Assembly (NCBI GenBank): GCA_048617235.1
Contig: JBMCHT010000003.1
Span: forward strand, 81,958 to 145,957
Direction of reading: 5' to 3'
DNA from: Patescibacteria group bacterium
Lineage (GTDB): Bacteria; Patescibacteriota; Minisyncoccia; Phycocordibacterales; XYD1-FULL-46-19
DNA: 64,000 nucleotides
In this document: one piece after another, positions 8,258 to 18,139 of the stretch
How positions within the stretch are numbered: the stretch's first letter is position 1
How the letters are laid out: every line of letters starts with the position of its first letter
The notes under the pieces: model-generated
Database searches by the model: none
Seen by the model: only the letters and a program-made list of their open reading frames with translations
What the model was told of the DNA's origin: nothing
Translations under genes and position numbers: made by a program

Positions 8258-9616
8258 ATGACAGATACAAAAAACAATTCAGCCGATGAATCAACTGAAA
8301 AGTCCGAGGAGGTGAAAAAAACAGACGACAATTCCGAAAGTAAACAAGTGCCTACAGCAAAAACAGAGACTGAAGAAAAACCCAACCCCACTGATCAAAC
8401 AGAGGGGATGGCTTCAGTTACAGAAACAACAACCCCAGCAGACGACAATAAAAAAGAACAAGCAGAAAATAAAATATCGGAAGAAGATGTAAGCACCTTA
8501 CCCGACCAAGACTTGCAAGAAAAAATCAGATTGGCTCGATTGGCTATGGAAGGACCAGAAAGAACCGCCAAAAGAGAAAGAGAAGAAAGTAAAAGAAAAA
8601 TTGAAAAAGAAAAACAAGAACTGGAAACCAAACTGATTAAAATAAATAAAGAAAAGGAATCTCTGGAAATATCTTGGGTAGTCTTAGATAATAAGAGGAG
8701 CGATTTTCAAGAACTGTTAAAGCCGGTTAAAGAAGAAGAAGAAAGCTTGGAGTTGAAAGAAGAAAAAATAGAAAATGAAGAAAGAACAGCCGTTGGTGCC
8801 AAAAACAGACAAGCAGTTGAAAAGAAGCGTTGGGCCGTTCAAGACAAAAGAAAGGAAATAGAAAAAAAGAAATGGGTGATTGAAGATAAAATATTAGAAA
8901 CCGAACAAGCTTTGGAAAAAAATACCAAAGCTTATCAAGAGTTATTAGATCAAGAAGAAAAAATTCAAGATCAATTAAATAATTTAGAAAAAGAAGAATT
9001 AATTTTAGTAGAAGAAATAAAAACAGAAGAAGAAGAAAACAAAAGAGCCGAATTGGCTCGCTTGGAATCAGAAGAAAAAAGGCGCAGAGAAACAGTAAGT
9101 CAATACCAAACCGAGAGTGAAGTTAAAAAACAAGAAGAATTAAAAACCGAAGCCGAAGCCGAAGCTCAAAAGAGAAAAGAAAAAGAGGCCAAACAAAAAG
9201 CCGAAACCGAAGCTCAAAAGAGAGAAGAGGAGGAAGCTAAGAAAAAAGCCGAAGCCGAAGCTCAAAAGAGAAAAGAAGAAGAGGCCAAACAAAAAGCCGA
9301 AACCGAAGCTCAAAAGAGAGAAGAGGAAAGAAAACAAAAAATGGAAGAAATGCGGAAGCGAGCCGAAAAAGAGATGAAAAGACAAGAAGCAGCTCGTCTG
9401 ACAACCGAGGCCAAAAGACAAAGTCAGATATCAGATAAGAGACCGGCTGCTCCGGCGCCACCGCCACAACAACCACCGCCACAACCAACCACCGCCTCTT
9501 CTACTCCAGAAGAGAAACCAGAAGATAAAAAAGAAAAAACAAATTCCGAAAAAGAATTGCCAAAAATGAGGACTATGCAATCGGATATGGATAAAGCCAA
9601 GCACTTAAATTCTTAG
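8258..9616 (+). CDS. Hypothetical charged coiled-coil protein with TolA-like EAK repeats and Pro-rich linker
   Basis: 452-aa E/K-rich ORF; TATAAT 8 nt upstream of ATG. Confidence 0.8.
   Translation: MTDTKNNSADESTEKSEEVKKTDDNSESKQVPTAKTETEEKPNPTDQTEGMASVTETTTPADDNKKEQAENKISEEDVSTLPDQDLQEKIRLARLAMEGPERTAKREREESKRKIEKEKQELETKLIKINKEKESLEISWVVLDNKRSDFQELLKPVKEEEESLELKEEKIENEERTAVGAKNRQAVEKKRWAVQDKRKEIEKKKWVIEDKILETEQALEKNTKAYQELLDQEEKIQDQLNNLEKEELILVEEIKTEEEENKRAELARLESEEKRRRETVSQYQTESEVKKQEELKTEAEAEAQKRKEKEAKQKAETEAQKREEEEAKKKAEAEAQKRKEEEAKQKAETEAQKREEERKQKMEEMRKRAEKEMKRQEAARLTTEAKRQSQISDKRPAAPAPPPQQPPPQPTTASSTPEEKPEDKKEKTNSEKELPKMRTMQSDMDKAKHLNS
9152..9328 (+). repeat. Intragenic 48-bp tandem repeat with 96-bp higher-order period
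   Basis: Encodes AEAEAQKRKEKEAKQK / AETEAQKREEEEAKKK twice. Confidence 0.85.
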
Positions 9617-9624
9617 TTTTTAAT

Positions 9625-11178
9625 ATGGATAAATCTGACTTAAATGACAGTCAAATTGAAGCCAGATTAGCTGCCGCTCGCACAGCTATGGGAGGTAATC
9701 GTTTGCTAAAAAAACAAGAAGCTAAAGAAAAAGACTGGGAAGAAAAAAGAAAGCTGGCGGCTTTGAGTATGGCCGGTCCGGCCTATAGAAAAAAACAAAA
9801 ACAAAAAGAGGCAGAATTACAAAAAAGAAGAGGTGAGGCTCGAGCGGCTATGATTGGAACAGACAAAATAATTAAACAAAAACAAAAAGAATCAACTTTA
9901 GAAAAATTAAAAGCATTAAGAAAAAAAGAAAAAGAAAAAAATCAACAAAAAAAAGTAAAATCAGATACCCCGACACAAGAACCGATAAATGATAAACTTG
10001 ACTCCGAAAAAAAAGAAAAGCTACAAATCAAATCGGATCCAGAAAAAGAAAAAGTTAAACAAGAAGCCCAAAAATTAATTAAAAAATTATCAAAAAATCC
10101 GGAAAGCGATCTAAAGCCTTATCGAACCCTGGAAACAGATACCTATTCTTCTGTTATTAAAAATAAATTATCAGCCGCCGATATCTCCATGACTGAAACG
10201 AAAAAAAGAGAAAGGGGAGCAGATCCTGAAACCAAACTGCCAACCAAATCCAGATTGATTCGATCTTTAGTCATAGTGTTTGTCGGTTTATTAACCCTTA
10301 GTGGAGCCGGCTTAGGGTTTTTCATTTACTGGCAATACCAGCAACCAGAAGAAAATATAAACATAAATGAAAACGGTCTCTTACCGGCAGATAAAAATAT
10401 CGCCCTAGATACTACTAACAAAAACCGGGATCAAATAATTAAAGAAATAACAACAATAACTACCAGACCAGGTTTAAATCATATTTATTTTATCTATCAA
10501 GCAGGACCGGAATCAAGACCAACCAGAGCCGGCCTTTCTGTTGTTAATAATATTATCGACTTAAATTGGCCCGATAATTTTACCAGATTCTTAACTGAAA
10601 ACTTTATGTTGGGGCAATTAACTGAAAACTCAACCGAAGGATTTTTTATTCTTTTACAGTCAAGATCAATAAATCACACTTTTGAAAATTTACTCAATTC
10701 CGGAAAAGAATTAACAGCTGAATTTTGGAATACTTTAGATATTACCTGGCCCGAAAACGAATTGGAATCCGGTCAGTTTGAAGATGTTTTAATATCCAAT
10801 ATAAATGTCAGACACTGGGTTAATACCGTCGAAACAGACAACCTTTCAAATGAAACCAATGAAACAGAGACAGATACAGATACACAAGAAACAGATACAG
10901 ATACACAAGAAACAGATACAGATACAGATACACAAGAAACAGAGACAGATACAGATACACAAGAAACAGATACAGATACAGATACACAAGAAACAGATAC
11001 AGATACAGATACACAAGAAACAGATACAGATACAGATACACAAACAGAAACTAATCCAACAAATACTACTAAAATTAACGGTCCGGCTTATGCTATTTTA
11101 GATGCTCACACCATAGCTATTACCGAAAACTTGGAAACCATGCGTTTGTTAATAGAAATTAAACAAAGTGGTAACTAA
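9625..11178 (+). CDS. Single-pass membrane protein, basic cytoplasmic N-part and external domain carrying a T/D/E VNTR
   Basis: One TM segment (LVIVFVGLLTLSGAGLGFFIYW); C-terminal FEDVLISNINVR...AYAILD..TIAITEN. Confidence 0.8.
   Translation: MDKSDLNDSQIEARLAAARTAMGGNRLLKKQEAKEKDWEEKRKLAALSMAGPAYRKKQKQKEAELQKRRGEARAAMIGTDKIIKQKQKESTLEKLKALRKKEKEKNQQKKVKSDTPTQEPINDKLDSEKKEKLQIKSDPEKEKVKQEAQKLIKKLSKNPESDLKPYRTLETDTYSSVIKNKLSAADISMTETKKRERGADPETKLPTKSRLIRSLVIVFVGLLTLSGAGLGFFIYWQYQQPEENININENGLLPADKNIALDTTNKNRDQIIKEITTITTRPGLNHIYFIYQAGPESRPTRAGLSVVNNIIDLNWPDNFTRFLTENFMLGQLTENSTEGFFILLQSRSINHTFENLLNSGKELTAEFWNTLDITWPENELESGQFEDVLISNINVRHWVNTVETDNLSNETNETETDTDTQETDTDTQETDTDTDTQETETDTDTQETDTDTDTQETDTDTDTQETDTDTDTQTETNPTNTTKINGPAYAILDAHTIAITENLETMRLLIEIKQSGN
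10861..11049 (+). repeat. In-frame VNTR built on ACAGAT, 21/27-bp units encoding ETDTD(TD)TQ
   Basis: About seven GAAACAGATACAGAT(ACAGAT)ACACAA units visible directly. Confidence 0.92.
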
Positions 11179-11227
11179 TCTCTCTTCCTCTTGTATTCCG
11201 GCTGAGAAACAGTTATGATGAATTTAT

Positions 11228-11599
11228 ATGGATACAAACAAATTCAAACAAATGCTGGAGACAGAAAAAAAATTATTGGAGTCGGAATTGGAAAATATAG
11301 GGATTAAAAATCCAGATAATTCAGAAGACTGGCAAGCAGTACCTTCAGAAAGAGGTGAAGTGGATACTCGTGATGAAATCGCTGTCCGGTTTGATAGTTT
11401 TGAGGAAAAGCAAGCCGCCGAGAGATCATTAGAAAAAAGATGGCGCAAAGTTAAGTTAGCTTTAGAAAAGATAGAAAAAGGAGAATACGGTATTTGCGAA
11501 ATTAGTGGCCAGCCCATAGAAGAAGACAGACTGGGAGCTAATCCGGCTGCTCGAACCAATAAAGCCAATATGGACAAGGAGGAAGAATTACTTATCTAA
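11228..11599 (+). CDS. dksA: DksA/TraR family protein, degenerate zinc finger
   Basis: ALEKIEKGEYGICEISGQPIEEDRLGANPAART; coiled-coil tip DTRDEIA. Confidence 0.85.
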   Translation: MDTNKFKQMLETEKKLLESELENIGIKNPDNSEDWQAVPSERGEVDTRDEIAVRFDSFEEKQAAERSLEKRWRKVKLALEKIEKGEYGICEISGQPIEEDRLGANPAARTNKANMDKEEELLI

Positions 11600-11614
11600 A
11601 ACAAGAAATTAATT

Positions 11615-13159
11615 ATGCATACCAGTTTGAATGCTATTCAATTATTAGGATTGAAGGCCAAACCGGTAGAAGTGGAAGTAGATATCAGGCCGGGCTTACC
11701 GGCCTTTAGTATTATCGGTTTACCTGATCGTTCAATGGAAGAAGCTCGGGATCGTATTATGGCCGCCTTAACCAACACTGGTTTTAAATCACCTAATCAT
11801 CTTAATCAAAAAATAACTGTATCTTTAGCTCCGGCTGATGTTAAAAAAACCGGCAGTCATTTAGATACAGCTATCGCGATTGGTTTATTAATAGCCGAAA
11901 AACAAATTCCAGACATTAACGTAAAAGAAAAAATATTTATTGGAGAACTAGGTTTAAATGGCAATCTTAAAAGAACTACTGGAGTTCTACCTTTAGTCAA
12001 AGCGGCAGCTGATCTTGGTTTTAAAGAAATTTATATTCCGGAAGCCAATGCCGAAGAAGCTTCTCTGGTTAGAAAAATAAAAATTTTACCTGTTAAAAAT
12101 CTCCGTCAACTACTTTATCATCTAAAAGAGCCGGCGGCTTTTACTATCTCTCCATTACCGGTTTACAAAAAAACCAAAACTGAAAATTATTCAACTATAA
12201 CCTTAGACGATATCGTTGGCCAACAACCGGCCAAAAGAGCGGTTTTGATTGCGGCTTCCGGTGGTCATCATCTGGCTCTTTTTGGACCACCGGGAGCCGG
12301 TAAAACTTTATTAGCCAAAGCCTTAACCGGTTTATTACCAACTCCGGATTTAAACGATACAGCTGAAATCACTACCGTTTATTCAGCCGCCGGCTTATCT
12401 CAAGGTCAAATAATAAAAGACAGACCTTTTCGTTGCCCTCATCACACCGCCAGCTCGCCGGCCATCACCGGTGGCGGTAATATTCCTAAACCTGGAGAAA
12501 TCACTCTGGCACACAAAGGAGTTTTATTTATGGATGAATTTACCGAGTTTGATCAAAAAATTTTAGAAGCGTTACGCGAACCCTTGGAAACTAAAAATGT
12601 TACTGTAGCTCGCTCTCGTTACTCCGCCACTTTTCCGGCAAATTTTATTTTAGTAGCCGCTTTCAATCCTTGTCCTTGTGGCCACCGCTTATCTGAAACC
12701 AAACCCTGCACTTGCTCTCCGGCCACTCTTTATCGTTACGATAAAAAAATATCCGGACCTATAATCGACCGTTTAGATTTGTGGACTTATTTACCACCGG
12801 TTCCTATTAAACAATTGGCAAAAAGTAAAAAAGATGATCATCACCAAGAACAAACAGAAGCTAAATTAAAAATTAAAAAAGCCAGAGACTGTCAAAAACA
12901 AAGATTTATCTCTAATAAAAATCTAAAACTAAATGCGGACTTAGAACCAAATAATTTAGAACAATATGCTAAAATGACACCTAAAACCAAAGTCAACCTA
13001 ACCCAAGCAGCTGAAAAGTTAGAATTATCAGCCCGGGTTTATCATAAATTGATAAAAATTGCCCGAACCATAGCCGATTTGGAAGAATCAGATAAAATTA
13101 AACCGGAACACATGATGGAAGCTCTTCAATATCGTCACACTACCATAAATAGTCGCTAG
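11615..13159 (+). CDS. comM: ComM/YifB Mg-chelatase-like AAA+ ATPase
   Basis: IIGLPD..EARDR, GPPGAGKT, PFRCPHHTAS, PGEITLAHKGVLFMDE, NPCPCG, ARTIADL. Confidence 0.95.
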   Translation: MHTSLNAIQLLGLKAKPVEVEVDIRPGLPAFSIIGLPDRSMEEARDRIMAALTNTGFKSPNHLNQKITVSLAPADVKKTGSHLDTAIAIGLLIAEKQIPDINVKEKIFIGELGLNGNLKRTTGVLPLVKAAADLGFKEIYIPEANAEEASLVRKIKILPVKNLRQLLYHLKEPAAFTISPLPVYKKTKTENYSTITLDDIVGQQPAKRAVLIAASGGHHLALFGPPGAGKTLLAKALTGLLPTPDLNDTAEITTVYSAAGLSQGQIIKDRPFRCPHHTASSPAITGGGNIPKPGEITLAHKGVLFMDEFTEFDQKILEALREPLETKNVTVARSRYSATFPANFILVAAFNPCPCGHRLSETKPCTCSPATLYRYDKKISGPIIDRLDLWTYLPPVPIKQLAKSKKDDHHQEQTEAKLKIKKARDCQKQRFISNKNLKLNADLEPNNLEQYAKMTPKTKVNLTQAAEKLELSARVYHKLIKIARTIADLEESDKIKPEHMMEALQYRHTTINSR

Positions 13160-13161
13160 AA

Positions 13162-13869
13162 TTAAAAATGACGAACCGGGGTTTCTTTTATTAAAGAAAT
13201 AGCCTCATCTAAATTATCAGTTATATAATAAATTTTACGATTTTCTTGATAAATGGTTTTATATTTTTCTTCCAAAATTTCTTTAATGAAATTATCCAAA
13301 GGTTGCCAGTAATCAAGACCTATTAATATTATCGGTACAGGCGAAATTTTATGGGTTTGGATTAAAGTTATAATCTCAAAAAACTCATCCAAAGTACCAA
13401 AACCACCCGGAAAATAAACAAAGGCTTCAGCTGAAAAAGTCAAACAAACCTTACGACTAAAAAAATAATAAAAATCAACATTGTCTTTAACATAAGGATT
13501 AGTCACTTGTTCATGGGGTAATTCAATTGAAAAACCAACCGATTGACCTCCGGCTTCGTAAGCACCCCGATTAGCTCCCTCCATAATACCCGGACCACCT
13601 CCGGTTACCACAGAAAAACTTTCAATTGCTAATTTAAAAGCTAAATCTTTAGCTTGTTGATAATACTTATTATTTTCATCAAAACGGGCTGATCCAAAAA
13701 AGGTAACTGACTTAGGATGTCTGGCCACTAAATGCAATCCGTCCTTAAAATCACTTTGAATTACACCTAAACGACGCTCAATATCTTCCAATATTTCTTC
13801 TTTAATTAAAGGCTTTATTGGTAATTCCACCTCCGGTATATTAACCACCGGTTTTTTATCATCAGACAT
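13162..13869 (-). CDS. LOG family (TIGR00730) nucleotide phosphoribohydrolase
   Basis: FFGSAR, TGGGPGIMEGAN, PGGFGTLDE. Confidence 0.92.
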   Translation of the reverse strand: MSDDKKPVVNIPEVELPIKPLIKEEILEDIERRLGVIQSDFKDGLHLVARHPKSVTFFGSARFDENNKYYQQAKDLAFKLAIESFSVVTGGGPGIMEGANRGAYEAGGQSVGFSIELPHEQVTNPYVKDNVDFYYFFSRKVCLTFSAEAFVYFPGGFGTLDEFFEIITLIQTHKISPVPIILIGLDYWQPLDNFIKEILEEKYKTIYQENRKIYYITDNLDEAISLIKETPVRHF

Positions 13870-13937
13870 ATAAATAAAAAATTAATCGATTAAGTTTTTA
13901 CACTTTAACATAAATCAATTAATTAAAGTAGATTTTA

Positions 13938-14906
13938 TTAAAAAGGATTAGTAGCCCCTCTGACTTCAAAATGAAGGTGGGGACCGGTAGAACGGCCGGT
14001 GGAACCCATTAAACCAATAACTTGACCTTGACTAACTTGCTGACCAACAGAAACCGAATTACGACTCAAATGAGAATACAAAGTTTGGGTACCGTTGGAA
14101 TGACTGATAACAACATAATTACCATAACCTCCATTCCAACCACCGACCTGACTAACCGTTACCCGACCGGCAGCGGCGGCATAAATTTCCGCTCCTTGAG
14201 CTGAAGCCAAGTCTACCGCATTATAACCATGTAAACCTTGAGTTTTAACTCCACCGGCTATTGGCCTCATATAGTAACCACTGCTTGTTTCTTGCCCAAC
14301 GGCAACCTTTGATTGAGTAGTTGATTGAGATGAAGTTGGAATTTGACCACCGGGAATAATTATTTCCATCCCTATTTCCAATTCTTTTTCGGAAAGTAAA
14401 TTATTATAGCTTAAAATTTCTGCCGCATCACCTTCGTATTTTTTCGCTAATTTATCAAGAGTATCTTCGGGTTTTATTTTATGTTTAACCCCGGAAATAG
14501 GTAAAATTACCAGAGTTTGACCTTCTTTTATTAAATCACCTCGACTGATATCATTAGCCCAAACAATAGTATTAACCGAGACTGAAAACATTTCTGCCAC
14601 TTGAGATAAAGTATCTTCTGCTTGAACCACATAAATACTTATTTCTCCACCCTCCTCTCCTTCTAAAACCTCCTTAACTAAACCGGCCGGACCCACTTCA
14701 GATACTAAAGCATTATCCATATTTTTTACCTCAGCCCCACCTAAAGCAGCTCCGATATCAAAATTGGGAGTAGATTCCAATAAAGACATCGTTTGGATAT
14801 TGTTAATATTTTTTCTGTTTTTTAAACCATTATTTGTTTGTTCGGCTGACTGAGCAGCCTCCACTGAGCCATGCAAAAACAACGCCAAGGTTAAAAACAA
14901 AACCAA
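13938..14906 (-). CDS. LysM x2 + M23 metallopeptidase (start uncertain)
   Basis: Two LysM repeats (YVVQAEDTLSQVA, HKIKPEDTLDKLA); H...D, YSHL, STGPHLHFEVR. Confidence 0.92.
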   Translation of the reverse strand: MVLFLTLALFLHGSVEAAQSAEQTNNGLKNRKNINNIQTMSLLESTPNFDIGAALGGAEVKNMDNALVSEVGPAGLVKEVLEGEEGGEISIYVVQAEDTLSQVAEMFSVSVNTIVWANDISRGDLIKEGQTLVILPISGVKHKIKPEDTLDKLAKKYEGDAAEILSYNNLLSEKELEIGMEIIIPGGQIPTSSQSTTQSKVAVGQETSSGYYMRPIAGGVKTQGLHGYNAVDLASAQGAEIYAAAAGRVTVSQVGGWNGGYGNYVVISHSNGTQTLYSHLSRNSVSVGQQVSQGQVIGLMGSTGRSTGPHLHFEVRGATNPF

Positions 14907-15174
14907 AGATAAAATAATTCGATTTAAGTTCTTTATGTCCGATACCCGAACACTACCACCCGGGTCATCATCTTGGATTTTAAGTAAAATAAGCCTTAAA
15001 AATAATATTATAATACAAAACTCTCCATTTCAACCTTATTTTTAGCCATTTATGACTAAAAAGTCATCATCATTATCCTGCTACTGACAATAGAATTGTA
15101 ATCAACTATTTTTAAAAAAGCAACCTAAAAAAGTCTATCTGTGGATAATTTTTTAGACTCTAAAATTACTTATT

Positions 15175-17544
15175 TTACTGACGCATTCGTTTGAAAATCT
15201 CCTCCTCCACTTCTTGAAGATCGCGACCATAAGTTAAACGAGATAATTCTTTCAATTGATTTTTAAGCTGGTCATTCCCGGCTTGCACGGTAGCGGTTTT
15301 TATATTAAAAGGTTTAGCCGGTTCACCATTGATTAACATTTTTATAAAAGCATGTCTGTTTTCAACCGACAATAAATCATTCTCGGTAAAGGTTGAACCA
15401 TAATGTTTAAGTAGAGTCTCGGTATCAGTTGGGCCAACTCTGAAAGCGGCCATAGATCCCACATTACCCATAACGGATTCTCTAATACCATCTGTTAATT
15501 GAGAAATATACTGATGAGCTAAAATTAAATTTAATTTATACTTTCTGGCTTCAGATAAAATAGTAGAAATGGAATCAGTAGTAAAATTCTGAAACTCATC
15601 TATATATAAATAAAAATCTCTTCTGGTTTTTTCATCAGCATCGGCTCGAGATAAAGCTGCTTGCAATATTTTACCGGTAATAATCATACCCAAAAGAGAA
15701 GCATTAAGATCACCAATTCGGCCTTTAGATAAATTAACCAATAAAATTTTACCTTCATCCATAACCTCCCTGAAATTGAAAGCTGATTTAGCTTGCCCAA
15801 TAATCGGTCTAACATAATCATTAGCTATAAAACTACCAAATTTAGAAGTAACATAAGGAGAAACATTGGCTAAAGACTGATCGCCGGTAGTTTGAGAAGC
15901 CTCTTTTTCCCAAAAATTAACCACCGAGGGATTGGCACATCTGGCTAATTTTCGAGCTCGATACTCTTCATCAGTAAAAACTCGAGGAATATCGGCTAAG
16001 GTGCCCGGTTCATGTTTGGCATCTTCCATTAACAACAAAAGAGCGTTACGCATAAATAGTTGGAAAACCGGACCCAAGCCTTCCGGTTGTTTTTCATATA
16101 AACGATTCAAAATAGATTGAACCTCATCTACAATAAAAGTCTTCTCCTCCGGTCGCTCCAGGTTATATTCCAGCATATTCATACCCAAAGGCCGAGAAAC
16201 ATCACCCGGATCAAAAACAATCACATCTTCCGCCCGATCTGAAGGCACTCTTTCCAAAATATCGCTAACAACATCACCATGAGGATCAATCACACATAAA
16301 CCTTTCCCATTATTAATATCCTGAACCGCCTGGTTTAAAATAAAAAAAGATTTACCGGTACCGGTTTGACCAATAATATAAAAATGACGCCGCCTGTCTT
16401 CATCAGCTAAATAAACCGGCCTTTTTTGGCCTCTAAATTGATTTTCTCCCAATAATAAACCGGAAGTCGGCAAATCATCCGGAGCCGCCACTTCTTTAGT
16501 TTTAAACCATTTAATAAAAGGAATATCGGTAGAAACGGTGGGAAAATGAAATAAACTGGCCACTTCTTCACTGTTTAATAGTATACCTTGTTCTTCTTTA
16601 AATTCTCTAAAAATATAGTGATTAATCAATTTTCGCAAACGAGAGGGTTTAACTGCTCTTAGTTTATTGCGAACCGGTGAAGATAATTGAGTAAAAGCCC
16701 CGACTGCCGACATTAAATTATCTTGAACTCGGTAATTATCGGTTGAAGCGGCCACCACTCTTATATTAGCTTGGAATAAAGTCTTAGATTGCTTATTATT
16801 TATAGCTTCCACTGCTTTATCGTCAATATCTTTAGTTTCAAGCTGATCTTCTCCTTTATTTTGAAAGGATTTTTTCGCTTCTTTAGCAAAAGTTTTCCAA
16901 CCCCCGGATATATCTTGTAAACTTTTACCTTGACGTAATTCTTTTAAAACCGATTCTATTCTCTTTTTAATTCCGGCGGGTGGGGAATTCAAGATTATTT
17001 GTATAGCCAGACCCTCTCCGGTTTCCGCCAACTTAGATAAAGCTCCCAAAATGGGGGCGAAAGTGTCCACCTCACTCTCTTTATAAGTTCTCAGAGGTAA
17101 AATATCCGGTTGTTCAAATTCTAAATAAGCGGCCTCTTGGTGGCCATGATCAGCAAAAATAGTATAATCTCCGGAAATATCCACTTGAGATTCCGGAAAT
17201 AAACTTTGAATCTGTCTAATAGTAAAATCCACCTGCAATCTGGGAACCGCCAAATAAAAATATATCTCCTGACCAAAATTATGAACAGCTGTCTCTAAAG
17301 CTATTGGTTCTTTAATATTTGATAAAGCCGATAATAATTGTTCAAAACGATTAATCTCTTCTAAAAAATTATTCTCTTGCTTGTCGCCGGTAGATTGTTG
17401 GGGCATATAAACAGACAATAAAGACAAATGCCAAGCCGGGTTTTTTTTAATTTTATTTTTTCGCCACCACATAAGACCAAAAATTATTACCAATAACAAT
17501 AAACCGACGACAACAATTGCAAATAAAAAGAGTAAATCTATCAT
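15175..17544 (-). CDS. virD4: VirD4/TraD-like T4SS coupling ATPase (CPR type)
   Basis: N-terminal TM; DRRRHFYIIGQTGTGKS, IDPHGD, LYIDEFQNF, LSEARKY, AHQYISQL. Confidence 0.85.
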   Translation of the reverse strand: MIDLLFLFAIVVVGLLLLVIIFGLMWWRKNKIKKNPAWHLSLLSVYMPQQSTGDKQENNFLEEINRFEQLLSALSNIKEPIALETAVHNFGQEIYFYLAVPRLQVDFTIRQIQSLFPESQVDISGDYTIFADHGHQEAAYLEFEQPDILPLRTYKESEVDTFAPILGALSKLAETGEGLAIQIILNSPPAGIKKRIESVLKELRQGKSLQDISGGWKTFAKEAKKSFQNKGEDQLETKDIDDKAVEAINNKQSKTLFQANIRVVAASTDNYRVQDNLMSAVGAFTQLSSPVRNKLRAVKPSRLRKLINHYIFREFKEEQGILLNSEEVASLFHFPTVSTDIPFIKWFKTKEVAAPDDLPTSGLLLGENQFRGQKRPVYLADEDRRRHFYIIGQTGTGKSFFILNQAVQDINNGKGLCVIDPHGDVVSDILERVPSDRAEDVIVFDPGDVSRPLGMNMLEYNLERPEEKTFIVDEVQSILNRLYEKQPEGLGPVFQLFMRNALLLLMEDAKHEPGTLADIPRVFTDEEYRARKLARCANPSVVNFWEKEASQTTGDQSLANVSPYVTSKFGSFIANDYVRPIIGQAKSAFNFREVMDEGKILLVNLSKGRIGDLNASLLGMIITGKILQAALSRADADEKTRRDFYLYIDEFQNFTTDSISTILSEARKYKLNLILAHQYISQLTDGIRESVMGNVGSMAAFRVGPTDTETLLKHYGSTFTENDLLSVENRHAFIKMLINGEPAKPFNIKTATVQAGNDQLKNQLKELSRLTYGRDLQEVEEEIFKRMRQ

Positions 17545-18080
17545 ATTAATAAAAAGAGTAAAAAGAGAACCAATAAAACAGATAATGTGATTATAAGAAT
17601 AATGTAAACAAAATTACCGCCGGAGGAACGAGCCGGTTTAATATATCCTCCGGCTACCAAATCCTCATATAAACGAGAGGAGGTTAAAATATCATGAAAA
17701 GCATCCAAAATAAGGGGATCTTTCATTTTTTCTATCTCAACCACCACCCGACCCAAACCGTTTTTAGGAATAAGATCTATCATTTCGTTTAGTTGATCTA
17801 CTTTATCTTCACTGACTAGCTTGGAATTTTTCAAATATTCGGGAGTAATAATCACCTGAGCCGCCTGTTCCAGGCCGGGAAAATCATCCGCCTGCTCGGG
17901 TTTACCGGTTTGAATTCTATTTTTTTCAGTATCAATTTGATTTTTATCTTCATCAGCTTGCACTAAATTAACCGCCTGTTCCTGGTCTTGACGCACTTTA
18001 TCTATTAATTGACTTAATCGTTCTTGCTCGGCCTCTAAATCAGTTAATGTTAATTTGTGTTGTTCTAAAGATTCAGGCAT
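17541..18080 (-). CDS. Hypothetical protein with C-terminal membrane anchor, coupled to virD4
   Basis: ATGA overlap with the ATPase; DPLILDAFHDIL motif. Confidence 0.75.
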   Translation of the reverse strand: MPESLEQHKLTLTDLEAEQERLSQLIDKVRQDQEQAVNLVQADEDKNQIDTEKNRIQTGKPEQADDFPGLEQAAQVIITPEYLKNSKLVSEDKVDQLNEMIDLIPKNGLGRVVVEIEKMKDPLILDAFHDILTSSRLYEDLVAGGYIKPARSSGGNFVYIILIITLSVLLVLFLLFLLI

Positions 18081-18139
18081 AATAACTTTATATATAAATA
18101 AATGACTGTTTTATTATAACAGATTCTTAATATAAAAAA

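Noticed and set aside
9140-9488. Antisense Phe/Leu-rich ORFs that look like membrane proteins
   Set aside because: Reverse-frame shadows of the GAA/AAA-rich repeat in the 452-aa gene.
10805-11101. Three overlapping ORFs with IQIHKKQ, YLYLFLV and CICICF repeats; array-like appearance
   Set aside because: Alternative-frame readings of the VNTR inside the 517-aa gene. No unique spacers, so not CRISPR.
13903-13930. dif-like sequence: TTATGTTAAAG arm on the minus strand with a 6-bp spacer
   Set aside because: The other arm is poor, the site is only ~25 kb from oriC, and it doubles as the extended -10 of the LOG gene.
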